Below, one piece after another: positions 9,299-18,232 of a stretch of 37,863 bases of DNA. The first letter of the stretch is position 1. Every line of letters starts with the position of its first letter. The stretch covers positions 1-37,863 of the forward strand of contig CANQEQ010000002.1 of NCBI GenBank assembly GCA_947595345.1. Direction: 5' to 3'. A program made the position numbers and the translations under genes. The notes below the pieces were generated by a model. The model was not told where the DNA came from. It did no database searches and saw only the letters and a list, made by a program, of their open reading frames with translations. The stretch comes from an uncultured Bacilli bacterium (lineage in GTDB: Bacteria; Bacillota_I; Bacilli_A; RF39; UBA660).

Positions 9299-9321
9299 AA
9301 GAATGACTTAAAGCCATTCTT
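9299..9321 (-). terminator. Intrinsic terminator after tagH-like gene
   Basis: 7-bp stem AAGAATG/CATTCTT (9299-9305 pairs with 9315-9321) with a 9-nt loop, 3 nt after the stop at 9324-9326. On the minus strand it is followed by UUUUAUAAUAAAAUUU. Confidence 0.5.
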
Positions 9322-9323
9322 AT

Positions 9324-10067
9324 CTAAACAACACCCATAAATTTTTCATAAGCTTCTATAACTTCATCTGGTTTACCTATCATTTTAGTCTCCCCTTCAT
9401 GAAGCCACAACACCTCATCACATAATTCCCGAATTGTATTATTATCATGAGAAACAATAATAACTGTTCTTTTGTCATCACTTATTAATTCTTTCATTTT
9501 ATTATAACTTTTCTTTTTAAATTGAGTGTCTCCAACACTTAATACCTCATCAATTAACATAACATCAGTTTCTAAAACAGCTGTAATAGCAAAAGCAAGT
9601 TTAGAATACATTCCGGAAGAATACGTTTTAACCGGTTTATCTATAAAGTCTCCAATATCAGCAAAATCAATTATTTCTTGTTCTTTTTCCTTAATTTTCT
9701 CTTCACTAAAACCTAAAAGCATTCCTGATAAATATATATTTTCATAACCAGTTAAGCTTTTATTAAACCCTACTCCAATTGATAATAAAGAAACTGTATT
9801 ACCATGTAAATTAATTTTTCCTTTATCCGGCGAAAAAATTCCTGTAATAGACCTTAACATAGTTGATTTTCCACTTCCATTACGACCAATTATTCCTAAG
9901 ATTTTTCCTTCTTCAATTTCAAATGATACTCCCTTAACAGCTTCTACAATATTACTTTCCGGAAGTCCTCTTAATTTAGACCAATATTTTCTAATAGAAA
10001 CTCTTTGAACTCCACGATATGTAATATATAAATTTTCAACTGTAACTGCAATTCTTTTCTTCTTCAT
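9324..10067 (-). CDS. tagH: ABC transporter ATP-binding protein, teichoic-acid/polysaccharide export type (TagH-like)
   Basis: Walker A GRNGSGKST, signature YSSGMYSKLAF, Walker B MLIDEVLSVGD. The start overlaps the upstream permease stop (TAATG). Confidence 0.82.
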   Translation of the reverse strand: MKKKRIAVTVENLYITYRGVQRVSIRKYWSKLRGLPESNIVEAVKGVSFEIEEGKILGIIGRNGSGKSTMLRSITGIFSPDKGKINLHGNTVSLLSIGVGFNKSLTGYENIYLSGMLLGFSEEKIKEKEQEIIDFADIGDFIDKPVKTYSSGMYSKLAFAITAVLETDVMLIDEVLSVGDTQFKKKSYNKMKELISDDKRTVIIVSHDNNTIRELCDEVLWLHEGETKMIGKPDEVIEAYEKFMGVV

Positions 10068-10849
10068 TATATCACCTTCGCATAAGTATTTTCATTTTTA
10101 TGAACTAAATGAACTCCTAAAACACATAAAACTAAACCAATACCAAACCATAAAAGCAAACCTTCAAAACTTGGAAGTTTAGAATATAAAACAACTTTTC
10201 TTGATTCACTCATAATAAAAGCAATTGGATTAGCTCTTAATAAAATATATTTTAAAGTTCCATGTAAACGGTCATTTATATTATAAAATACTCCTGATAA
10301 ATAAAAGATTAATTTTAAAGTTATATCTGTTAAATTCTTAAGGTCATCTATAAATACTCCAAAATGCATTAATATAAGACCTATGCCAAAAGATACAATA
10401 TATAAAACCGGAAGAATAATTAAAATATATAGTATATAAATTGTAAATGGTACTTTAAAACATAACATTAAAATAACCGTTAATATCATAGATATAAACA
10501 TCTTAAATAAATAAGTAAAAGATTTAGATAAAAGCAAAATATACTTAGGAATATAAACTTTACTTACAATATCTCTATTTCTATTAATTAAATTAACACT
10601 TCCATTTAACATACGCTTAAAAAAGTCCCAACAAGTTAAACCAATAAAGACAAAAACTGAAAAATATTCGTCTTTAGAATGGAATATAACCGTGAAAACA
10701 AAGGTATAAATTAACATAAATGCCAAGGGTTCTATTACCCACCATAACCAGTTTAAATAAGAATCAGCAACTTCACTTTTAAGTTCAGCTTTAGCCGACC
10801 TAATTGCATATCTAAAATATTTTTTCAAATTCTTAAAAAACAATCTCAT
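10067..10849 (-). CDS. tagG: ABC-2 type transporter permease (TagG-like)
   Basis: 260 aa with about 6 TM helices. It is translationally coupled to the TagH-like ATPase and has a GAGGTG SD upstream. Confidence 0.78.
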   Translation of the reverse strand: MRLFFKNLKKYFRYAIRSAKAELKSEVADSYLNWLWWVIEPLAFMLIYTFVFTVIFHSKDEYFSVFVFIGLTCWDFFKRMLNGSVNLINRNRDIVSKVYIPKYILLLSKSFTYLFKMFISMILTVILMLCFKVPFTIYILYILIILPVLYIVSFGIGLILMHFGVFIDDLKNLTDITLKLIFYLSGVFYNINDRLHGTLKYILLRANPIAFIMSESRKVVLYSKLPSFEGLLLWFGIGLVLCVLGVHLVHKNENTYAKVI

Positions 10850-11089
10850 AATAACACCTCAAATCAGCAAGAATTTAAAATAAGTAAAAATCATTAAAAG
10901 TATTATCTATAAAAATATAAGACGGTTTTTAAAAATATTTTTATTTTTTCTATGAAATTCACTTATACTAACCATTATACTATATCTTTGATTATTTTTT
11001 AAGACCTTTTTTTATTTTTTTTAAATTTAATAAGATTAGATTATTTAATTTATTTATAATTTTATATTCTTTATAATTTTCTAAAATTG

Positions 11090-11118
11090 TTTACAATGGC
11101 TAAAAAAAATAGTATAAT
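11090..11118 (+). promoter_or_regulatory. Sigma-A-type promoter for rnj
   Basis: TTTACA (11090-11095), a 17-nt spacer and TATAAT (11113-11118). It lies about 45 nt upstream of the GGAAGGAGGA SD and the ATG at 11165. Confidence 0.5.
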
Positions 11119-11164
11119 GTTAGAGTTAGTTCTTAAAACTTAAAGGAAGGAGGATTATTTTTTA

Positions 11165-12853
11165 ATGAAATCAGAGTCTAATAAAACTCGGTTTGTTATT
11201 TTAGGCGGATTAGGTGAAATTGGTAAAAATATGTATGCAATTGAGCATGAAGACGAGATTATAATCATTGATGCTGGTATTTCGTTTGCTGAACTTACAA
11301 TGCTAGGAATTGATTATACTATTCCCGATTATACATATTTAAAAGAAAATGAAAGTAAAATTAAAGCATTATTTATAACTCATGGACATGAAGACCATAT
11401 TGGAGCTATTCCTATTTTAATTCAAAATATTGATATTAAGAATATCTATGCTCCTAATCAAGCTGCTGAGCTTATAAAAATGAAGTTAATTGATAAAAAT
11501 ATTCGTTTTGATAACTTATTTACTTATCAAAGTGATGATGTTATTAAATTTAAACATTTTACAGTTGACTTTTTTAGAACTACCCACTCTGTTCCTGATT
11601 CACATGGAATAAGAGTTAAAACTCCAAATGGAACAATTGTTACAACCGGTGATTTTAAATTTGATTTTACGCCCATAGGACCAATGGCTGATTTGCATAA
11701 AATGGCAAGAATTGGCGAAGAAGGAGTTGATATTCTAGTAAGTGATTCAACCAATGCCTTAAATGATGGTATATCTAATAGTGAATCATCAGTTGATAGA
11801 GCTCTAAATGATATATTTGACAGTGAAACAAATTCTAGAATAATTATAGCAACCTTCGCTTCTAATATATATAGATTAAAACATATTGTTGAAACTTGTT
11901 ATAAACATAATCGGAAAATTTGTATATTTGGTCGTAGTATGGAATCAAATATTGAAATATCTATTAAGGGTGGTTATATTAATCATAAAGAACTATTTAT
12001 TTCACCTGAAGAAGCCAATACCCTAAAACCGAAAGAAATTTGTATTTTATGCACAGGTAGTCAAGGAGAACCTCTAGCTGCCCTATCAAGAATTGCTGAT
12101 TTAGAACATAAACATATTAAATTAAGACCAGACGATGTTGTAATTTTCTCATCAAGTCCAATTCCAGGAAATGGTCTTAGTATTTCAAGAACAATTAATA
12201 AACTTTATTTACAAGGGGTTAAAGTTTTCACGAATACTACTAATTCTAATATTCATACATCAGGTCATGCTAATAAAGAAGAACTTAAATTAATGATTAG
12301 ATTACTAAAACCTAAATATATGTTACCATTTCATGGTGAGTATCGTATGTTAAAAAGTCATGCTGACATTGCTGTTATGTGTGGAATTCCTAAAGAAAAT
12401 ATTTTTATTCTAGATAATGGAGATACTCTAACTTTAGATAATCATAAAATAAGTATAGGTGAAAAAGTTAAAATGGACGAAGTCTATATAGACGGAAACC
12501 GAGTTGGTGAAGTTCAAGTTCAAGTAATTCGGGATAGAAAAATCATGGCCAGTGATGGAATTTTAGTAATTGTCATGAACATTGATATGCATGAAAAGAA
12601 ATTATTATCTAAACCTAATGTTGTAACACGTGGTTTTATTCAAGTAAATGAAAATGAAGAATTAATAAAAATGTTAGAAATTAAATCAAGTTTATTAATT
12701 ACTAATAAATTAAAAGAAAGTAATATAAATTTTCAAGATATTAAAAGTTTTATAGGTGCTAATATAAGTAGCTATATCATGGAACTAACTGGAAGAAAAC
12801 CAATTATATTACCTATTATTTTAGATATTAAAAGAACTAATCAAGAAAACTGA
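11165..12853 (+). CDS. rnj: Ribonuclease J
   Basis: 562 aa. FVILGGLGEIGKNMY, the metallo-beta-lactamase motif THGHEDHIGAIP, beta-CASP region and C-terminal domain. Ends in TGA. Confidence 0.93.
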   Translation: MKSESNKTRFVILGGLGEIGKNMYAIEHEDEIIIIDAGISFAELTMLGIDYTIPDYTYLKENESKIKALFITHGHEDHIGAIPILIQNIDIKNIYAPNQAAELIKMKLIDKNIRFDNLFTYQSDDVIKFKHFTVDFFRTTHSVPDSHGIRVKTPNGTIVTTGDFKFDFTPIGPMADLHKMARIGEEGVDILVSDSTNALNDGISNSESSVDRALNDIFDSETNSRIIIATFASNIYRLKHIVETCYKHNRKICIFGRSMESNIEISIKGGYINHKELFISPEEANTLKPKEICILCTGSQGEPLAALSRIADLEHKHIKLRPDDVVIFSSSPIPGNGLSISRTINKLYLQGVKVFTNTTNSNIHTSGHANKEELKLMIRLLKPKYMLPFHGEYRMLKSHADIAVMCGIPKENIFILDNGDTLTLDNHKISIGEKVKMDEVYIDGNRVGEVQVQVIRDRKIMASDGILVIVMNIDMHEKKLLSKPNVVTRGFIQVNENEELIKMLEIKSSLLITNKLKESNINFQDIKSFIGANISSYIMELTGRKPIILPIILDIKRTNQEN

Positions 12854-12871
12854 TTAGTTCTTGCTTTTTTT
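12833..12871 (+). terminator. Intrinsic terminator of rnj
   Basis: Perfect 10-bp stem AGAACTAATC/GATTAGTTCT (12833-12842 pairs with 12852-12861) with a 9-nt loop that holds the first base of the TGA stop (12851-12853); the other two stop bases lie in the right arm. It is followed by TGCTTTTTTT. Confidence 0.85.
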
Positions 12872-12895
12872 ATTATTTTATATTATTATTTTCTT

Positions 12896-13092
12896 AGGTT
12901 TAATCTATTTTAAAATGTCGCCTAACAACTTCTCTCCGTGGAGCACTGTTGCAATTGTCTTTAATGTTATCCCGGCTGGTGAGTTAAATAACAATAGAGT
13001 TTCTAACACTAATGGCGTGCGCATGAGATTTTAATCAATTCTTTTTAAACTACTAAGGTATAAGAAAAGAGATTAAAAACAAGATTAAACCT
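12896..13092. ncRNA. Candidate structured non-coding RNA, class and strand unassigned
   Basis: An ORF-free GC-rich island (12915-13025 is clearly richer in G+C than its surroundings) lies between convergent genes. An 11-bp closing helix pairs AGGTTTAATCT (12896-12906) with AGATTAAACCT (13082-13092). A GC-rich helix pairs AUG-CGCC (12915-12922) with GGCG..CAU (13014-13024). A separate AU hairpin pairs 13029-13045 with 13065-13078. Confidence 0.4.
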
Positions 13093-13187
13093 TGGATAAT
13101 TCCTAAAAAAATAATATAGTTCTTTGATAACATTTTTTATCAAACTAAAACGTATTGTAATTTGCTATATTTTATATATAGCATTTT

Positions 13188-14531
13188 TTATTTAGCTTTG
13201 ATTTTTTCTAAATAATTACAAGTATTATTAGTAATCTTATATTTAAGTGGAAGATAATACTCATTATATTTATCTTTATTATAACAAGTTACTTTATTAA
13301 AATACTTACTTTTAGAAATAGTAAAATCTGGGCTAGCATAAACATTTTCTAAAATTCTATCTAATGTTTCATAAAAAGACATATGTTTAGAATTAAGATA
13401 TTCTTTATAACTGTTATATTCTTCATTATTGTACTTAAAACTAATATCTAAAATATTATAAAAATATAAATTATTTTTTACTTGAACTTTTCCAAGTAAA
13501 TTATTTTCATATACTTTAATATCTTTAAATACTTCTTCTCGTCTTATATGAAATTTATCTAGAACTTGTTTACTAATATTACCATTTTTACTTAAAAGAT
13601 AAGACTCTAAACTCATACTAGTAACATTATTAGAAACTACTCTATAATTTCCAGCACAAGTTGAATAAAAACGATAGTTATTAATATCAGCTACTAAATA
13701 TTCCTCTTTATTACAATTAATTAAACCCGATACGCTTACTTTATTTTGAAATAAAGGAATAGCAACCATTAAATTAATAGTTAAAGATGAAAGAAATAAA
13801 GAAAACAAAATATAATAAATAATTGTTAAAAATCTTCTATTTATTTTTAAAGTAAAAGCTTTAGTTTCTATTCCAAATTTATTTTCTTTAAAAGTAAAAT
13901 CTAAAAGTATTCTAGATATAAAATCCTTTAATTTAGTTTTATATATTAGTAAATAAAAAATAAATGAAAAAGTAATATTCAAAATAAAATCGTCTATATC
14001 TACTACTCCAAGTTTTAAAAAATATTCCAAAAGTTCATAAGCAATACTTAATAAAGCTATAAAAGGTATTAAAACATACCATTTTTTAAATTTATTATTT
14101 ATATTCGGTAAAATAATTATAAATGGTAAAAATTTAAAAATTTCTATAACTAAACTTTTTAAAGAACCATATAGTTTAATATCTTTAATAGTACTTATAA
14201 TAGATTTAAAAGGAACTAAATTAATGTAACCAAATCTATAACCATTAAAAGTAGTACTATAAATGCCACTTGTTAATATAATTTCAAGTAAAAATACACT
14301 ATATAAAACTAACATTAAACTAAGCGTTTCTTTTTTAATTTTTTTATCACTTGTTATAAATAAACTTAAAAACAAAATAAAGGGAATAATTAAAAATAAA
14401 AGGTAATCATCAGGTGAAGAAAAATCATATATCTCAAGACTTCGCATAATGACTAAAATAAAAAAGAAAATAATTAAAGCCATAGTACTTAAATAATTAA
14501 TTATTCTTTTATTCATAGAACCTCCTTTCAC
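13188..14531 (-). CDS. VanZ-like polytopic membrane protein fused to a C-terminal extracytoplasmic Cys-containing domain
   Basis: VanZ hallmarks are GYINLVPFKSI and ELLEYFLKLGVVDIDDFILNITFSFIFY. After a further TM segment (IIYYILFSLFLSSLTINLMVAIPLF) comes a ~190-aa soluble domain with four Cys and no recognised family. Confidence 0.65.
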   Translation of the reverse strand: MKGGSMNKRIINYLSTMALIIFFFILVIMRSLEIYDFSSPDDYLLFLIIPFILFLSLFITSDKKIKKETLSLMLVLYSVFLLEIILTSGIYSTTFNGYRFGYINLVPFKSIISTIKDIKLYGSLKSLVIEIFKFLPFIIILPNINNKFKKWYVLIPFIALLSIAYELLEYFLKLGVVDIDDFILNITFSFIFYLLIYKTKLKDFISRILLDFTFKENKFGIETKAFTLKINRRFLTIIYYILFSLFLSSLTINLMVAIPLFQNKVSVSGLINCNKEEYLVADINNYRFYSTCAGNYRVVSNNVTSMSLESYLLSKNGNISKQVLDKFHIRREEVFKDIKVYENNLLGKVQVKNNLYFYNILDISFKYNNEEYNSYKEYLNSKHMSFYETLDRILENVYASPDFTISKSKYFNKVTCYNKDKYNEYYLPLKYKITNNTCNYLEKIKAK

Positions 14532-14587
14532 TTTCAGTTTAATTTTTAAAACCCTAAAAGTAAAGGACTTATTAAGCCCTAAGCCAA

Positions 14588-15283
14588 TTATTCTTTTATA
14601 AAATCTAAATTTATCAAATATTCTTGATTATTATTTTCATTTACTAATTTTAAATAACTATTATTAATAATGTTTTTAATATCTTTATAATCTATATAAT
14701 TATCAAACTTTTTATTAGATATTAATACATAATCTAGAGAATTAGTTGTTAAAACTAATTTATCTTCTTCATTATTTTTATAATGATACTCAACTTTAGT
14801 ATAATTTTTTATATCATTTTTAAGACTACCTAATTTTAAATAAGACTTATCTAAAGATAAAACTGCAAGTCCCTCATTTAATTCTAAATCTCCATCTCCA
14901 CTTACTAAATAAACTTCTTGACTATTCATATTATATATATAATAACTAATAAAACCTAAAACTACCACTACTACTTCAATTATAAAAACTCTAAGTAATC
15001 TTTTTAATTTCTTATTATACTCTTTTAAAATATTTATAGAAACATTATCTATTTCCTTTTGATTATCTAAAGTTTTATATTCACCTAATAATATTTCGTT
15101 GACACTTACATTAAAAATCTCACTTAAAAGCATCAAAGAATCAGGAGTTGGCATATTAATACCCCGTTCCCACTTAGATATATTCTCTCTTGATGTTAGA
15201 AGTTTAAGACTTAACTCTTGCTGTGTCATATTTTGAGTTTTTCTAAGCTTGGCTATAAATTTTCCAATTTTTTCTTGTTCCAT
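14588..15283 (-). CDS. Membrane-tethered XRE-family HTH transcriptional regulator
   Basis: The N-terminus IGKFIAKLRKTQNMTQQELSLKLLTSRENISKWERGINMPTPDSLMLLSEIFNVSVNEIL is an HTH_3/XRE domain. It is followed by a single TM segment (VFIIEVVVVVLGFISYYIY) and a ~110-aa outer domain. Confidence 0.8.
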   Translation of the reverse strand: MEQEKIGKFIAKLRKTQNMTQQELSLKLLTSRENISKWERGINMPTPDSLMLLSEIFNVSVNEILLGEYKTLDNQKEIDNVSINILKEYNKKLKRLLRVFIIEVVVVVLGFISYYIYNMNSQEVYLVSGDGDLELNEGLAVLSLDKSYLKLGSLKNDIKNYTKVEYHYKNNEEDKLVLTTNSLDYVLISNKKFDNYIDYKDIKNIINNSYLKLVNENNNQEYLINLDFIKE

Positions 15284-15285
15284 AT

Positions 15286-16116
15286 TTAAACATTACCCAT
15301 TTCTCTAAATAAATCAGTATATTCTAAAGTATCTTCTAAATTGGTTTCTATTTCTATATTAAGATATTTTTCAAGAATACTTTTATTTTCTAAAACTTTA
15401 GAACCTACATAATTTATATAACTAGGGTCTTTCTTTAATAAAATTTTAGCTAAACTAAGATTATTCTTAGCTAAACTTGAATAAGTTAAATAAGTACTTA
15501 TATCTTGTTCTAGACTATCTTTTAAATCTCTATATAAAATTAAATCTATTTCTTTATTACCTAAAAATCTATCTGATAAGATATATAGGGAATTATCAAG
15601 GCCATAGAAACCAGCAAATATATAACTAAGATATGAACTTTCTCGCATATTTTCTAAAATAAATTCAATTGGCAAAATCCTGGCATCTACTAATAACAAA
15701 ACTTTAGGATTTCGTTTCATAAGTTTTCTAATGTTATCTATGTTATTTCTATCAGCTAATGATAAATAATTATATAATTTATAATTTTCTTTAATTCTTT
15801 TTAAGACAACTGGAAAAGAAAAAGTTACTTTATTTAAACTGTTTAAATAATTAGCAATTACTAATCTAATCTCATTATCCTTATACTCAGAAATTAATAA
15901 ATCTTTATCTAAAAATATATCTCTATCCTCTAATTTTCTAATAAATTCTAAAATACTAGTAGTTACTTCTAAAGGTGTTTTAAATATTTTTTTTAATCTT
16001 TTACTAAAATGAGTGATTACATCTTCTTTTAATAACTCGTCATATAAAAGTTCTTTTTTAGTTTCATTTATTAAATTAATAAGGTCAATAGCTTTTAATT
16101 CTTCTTCATATTTCAT
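15286..16116 (-). CDS. Hypothetical alpha-helical repeat protein
   Basis: 276-aa ORF between add and the XRE gene, with 14-nt and 2-nt gaps. Degenerate helical repeats (e.g. MKRNPKVLLLVDARILP, LLKKDPSYINYVGSKVLENKSI) loosely resemble DUF4116-type repeats. This assignment is weak. Confidence 0.5.
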   Translation of the reverse strand: MKYEEELKAIDLINLINETKKELLYDELLKEDVITHFSKRLKKIFKTPLEVTTSILEFIRKLEDRDIFLDKDLLISEYKDNEIRLVIANYLNSLNKVTFSFPVVLKRIKENYKLYNYLSLADRNNIDNIRKLMKRNPKVLLLVDARILPIEFILENMRESSYLSYIFAGFYGLDNSLYILSDRFLGNKEIDLILYRDLKDSLEQDISTYLTYSSLAKNNLSLAKILLKKDPSYINYVGSKVLENKSILEKYLNIEIETNLEDTLEYTDLFREMGNV

Positions 16117-16130
16117 ACATTACCTCCTGA

Positions 16131-17093
16131 CTATTTTTTTAATTCTTCTAATAATTCTAATTTCTCTTTACTACTTAGAAAAGCATAATTTAAAGCATTT
16201 CTATTTATCTTTTTAAAATCTTCTATGGTAAATGGAAAAGTTTTTAATAATTTTTTGTATTCTTCACTTAAAGTAATTCTTGAGACTGTCATATTATCAG
16301 TATTTACTAATAAATTAACTCCTTCTTTATATAGCTTATAGATGGGATGCTCTTTATATTCAAGAAAAGCTTTAGTTTGAATATTACTAGTTGGACATAC
16401 CTCAAGCAAAATATTATTGTCTTTTACTTTTTTAATCAATTCAGGATTACCTATTATTTTAACCCCATGACCAATTCTTTTAGCTCCAAGCTTTATAGCA
16501 AGTTCTATATCTCTTGGTGAGTCTTCCCCAGCATGAATAGTAAATGGAATTTTTAAAATTCTAGCTAATTCAAATAATTTCTTATAATCACTTAAAGGAT
16601 ATTTTTTCTCATCTCCAGCTAAATCAATCCCCCCTACACCTTGGTTTAAATACTTTTTAGCTGTTAATATGGTCTTTAAATTCTCCTCATATGAGGCTCC
16701 ACGCATTAAGCATAAAAGTAAATTTATTTTAATCCCTTTAACTTTTCTAACACCATCTAAAACAGTTTCAACGATTGTATCATAAGATAAATTACCTTTT
16801 AAAAGAAGTGGTGCAAATCTAACCTCAGCATAGATAATATTATCACTTCTAAGTCTTAAAGCTAAATTATAAGCTACTTCTTGTAAATTCTTTTTACTCT
16901 TTAAAAGATTAATTGAAAATTCAAACTTTTTTAGATAATCACTTAAATTAGAATTATTTTTAGAAACTTCCATTTTACTCCTTACAACCCTCTCGTCTAT
17001 TTTAGATAAAGTACTAGCAAGTTTTGGAGAGACTGAACCATCTAAATGAACATGAAGTTCTATTTTTTTTAATTTCTTAATATCACTGTCCAT
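16131..17093 (-). CDS. add: Adenosine deaminase
   Basis: Metal and catalytic motifs ELHVHLDGS, TIHAGED, RIGHG, EVCPTSN and VNTDNM. AAAGAGGTG SD. Confidence 0.9.
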   Translation of the reverse strand: MDSDIKKLKKIELHVHLDGSVSPKLASTLSKIDERVVRSKMEVSKNNSNLSDYLKKFEFSINLLKSKKNLQEVAYNLALRLRSDNIIYAEVRFAPLLLKGNLSYDTIVETVLDGVRKVKGIKINLLLCLMRGASYEENLKTILTAKKYLNQGVGGIDLAGDEKKYPLSDYKKLFELARILKIPFTIHAGEDSPRDIELAIKLGAKRIGHGVKIIGNPELIKKVKDNNILLEVCPTSNIQTKAFLEYKEHPIYKLYKEGVNLLVNTDNMTVSRITLSEEYKKLLKTFPFTIEDFKKINRNALNYAFLSSKEKLELLEELKK

Positions 17094-17121
17094 CTAATCA
17101 CCTCTTTTTATTTCTAATTAG

Positions 17122-17150
17122 ATTATATCAAATAATTGTCTTATTTTAAA
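17122..17150 (-). promoter_or_regulatory. Sigma-A-type promoter (extended -10) for add
   Basis: On the minus strand, TTTAAA (17150-17145), a 17-nt spacer and TGATATAAT, with TATAAT at 17127-17122. It lies about 30 nt upstream of the add ATG. Confidence 0.45.
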
Positions 17151-17443
17151 GTTTAGAAATTAAAATATTAGGAGCACTTTTAATAAATTTTAAAGATTAG
17201 TCTATAAGCTAAAAATAACTTATAGACTAACAAACTTTTATTCAGGTAATTAAAGGTGATAAATTTTTGATTTTTAATAATTATAAGCATTGAAAGGGAT
17301 TTAATCTTTAAATTAAAAACTTAAAAATAATTAGAGAAATAAACATGTATTTTTTTAAACTAAATTTGGTTCTAATTACCCGAACGCTTTTAACTATAAC
17401 AAAGAAATATAAAAAATACAAATGTTAAAATTGCTCTTAATTT

Positions 17444-17511
17444 TTAGGAAAAACTTAAAATTTTCCCTAATCTTGAAAAAATTTCCCTAGAGAATTTTTC
17501 ATTTTTCCTAA
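17444..17511. repeat. Phased TTTYCCTA / TAGGRAAA repeat array in an ORF-free spacer
   Basis: Direct copies are TTTTCCCTAA (17461-17470), TTTCCCTAG (17482-17490) and TTTTCCTAA (17503-17511), spaced 20-21 bp apart. An inverted copy TTAGGAAAAA lies at 17444-17453. Confidence 0.4.
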
Positions 17512-17575
17512 AAAAAATCTTCAAAAATAAATTTTTAAAGATTTTTAATTTAACACAATTTGACACATATTTTTT

Positions 17576-18232
17576 TTATTTAGATAACAAAAACTTCTTG
17601 ATTTTTTTATTTTCTAATTTAAGTTTTAATCTTTTAATAAGATATTTCTTAGGCATTTTTTTTAAAACTTCTCTATTAGTTGCCATTAAATTATTATAAT
17701 AATAAATAACTTCTAAATTAGTAGGCTTCAAAGTACCAAAGAAATAATTAATTTTTTGAGCTCTTCCTTTTAAAGCCTTTATTACTAAATAAGTTTTTTT
17801 ATTATCTATTACTATTTTTTCATTTACAATATGATAATCCATAAGAATTATAGCTTTTCTAACTTTTACAAATTCATTGTTAGGAGCTACAATTATTGTT
17901 TCTATATTTTTTAAATTTTCTTTATTATTTAAAATTTCACTTATTAAAATTCCACCCATACCAGCTATAACTATGGTATTTATATATCCTGGAATATTAT
18001 TTATACCATCTTGTTTTAAAACTTTAATTTTTTTACTAAATCCTAGTTTCTCTATATTACTTCTAGCTATTTCTAAAGGTTTTTCATTTATATCAGTTGC
18101 AATTACTTTAACATTTTTTTTATTACTTACTAAATAAATTGCTAATAAGGCATGGTCTGAGCCAACATCACATACATAAGAATTATCAGGAACAAAAGAG
18201 GCTACTGTTAGTAGCCTTTTAGATAATTTCAT
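17576..18232 (-). CDS. trmK: tRNA (adenine22-N1)-methyltransferase TrmK
   Basis: [14 protein letters not shown]...VCDVGSDHALLAIYL...AGMGG is the TrmK/YqfN pattern. The start overlaps the sigA stop (TAATG), reproducing the B. subtilis order dnaG-sigA-trmK. Confidence 0.85.
   Translation of the reverse strand: MKLSKRLLTVASFVPDNSYVCDVGSDHALLAIYLVSNKKNVKVIATDINEKPLEIARSNIEKLGFSKKIKVLKQDGINNIPGYINTIVIAGMGGILISEILNNKENLKNIETIIVAPNNEFVKVRKAIILMDYHIVNEKIVIDNKKTYLVIKALKGRAQKINYFFGTLKPTNLEVIYYYNNLMATNREVLKKMPKKYLIKRLKLKLENKKIKKFLLSK

Noticed and set aside
9526-9747. 73-aa plus-strand ORF in the track
   Set aside because: It lies entirely antisense inside the well-supported TagH-like ATPase gene. It has no SD and a low-complexity S/I/K composition typical of antisense frames in AT-rich DNA.
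11527-11754. 75-aa minus-strand ORF in the track
   Set aside because: It is antisense within rnj, whose plus-strand reading has unambiguous RNase J motifs. There is no SD.
12896-13092. Assigning the GC-rich island to a known RNA family (tRNA, SRP/4.5S, T-box, glmS ribozyme, RNase P, tmRNA)
   Set aside because: I found no GGTTCGA-type T-loop, no GGAA-tetraloop or AGCAGC SRP domain IV motif, no GGUGGUACCGCG T-box sequence, no GACGAGGA glmS core and no RNase P GAGGAAAGUCC box. The short resemblance of CCCGGCUGGUGAG to parts of 4.5S or glmS sequences is too weak. The class is left unassigned.
16013-16216. 67-aa plus-strand ORF in the track
   Set aside because: It spans the junction of two minus-strand genes (add and the 276-aa gene) in antisense. 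It is an I/L/S/F-rich artefact with no SD.
17877-18137. 86-aa plus-strand ORF in the track
   Set aside because: It is antisense inside trmK. The hydrophobic I/F/L composition comes from reading the AT-rich complement, and there is no SD.
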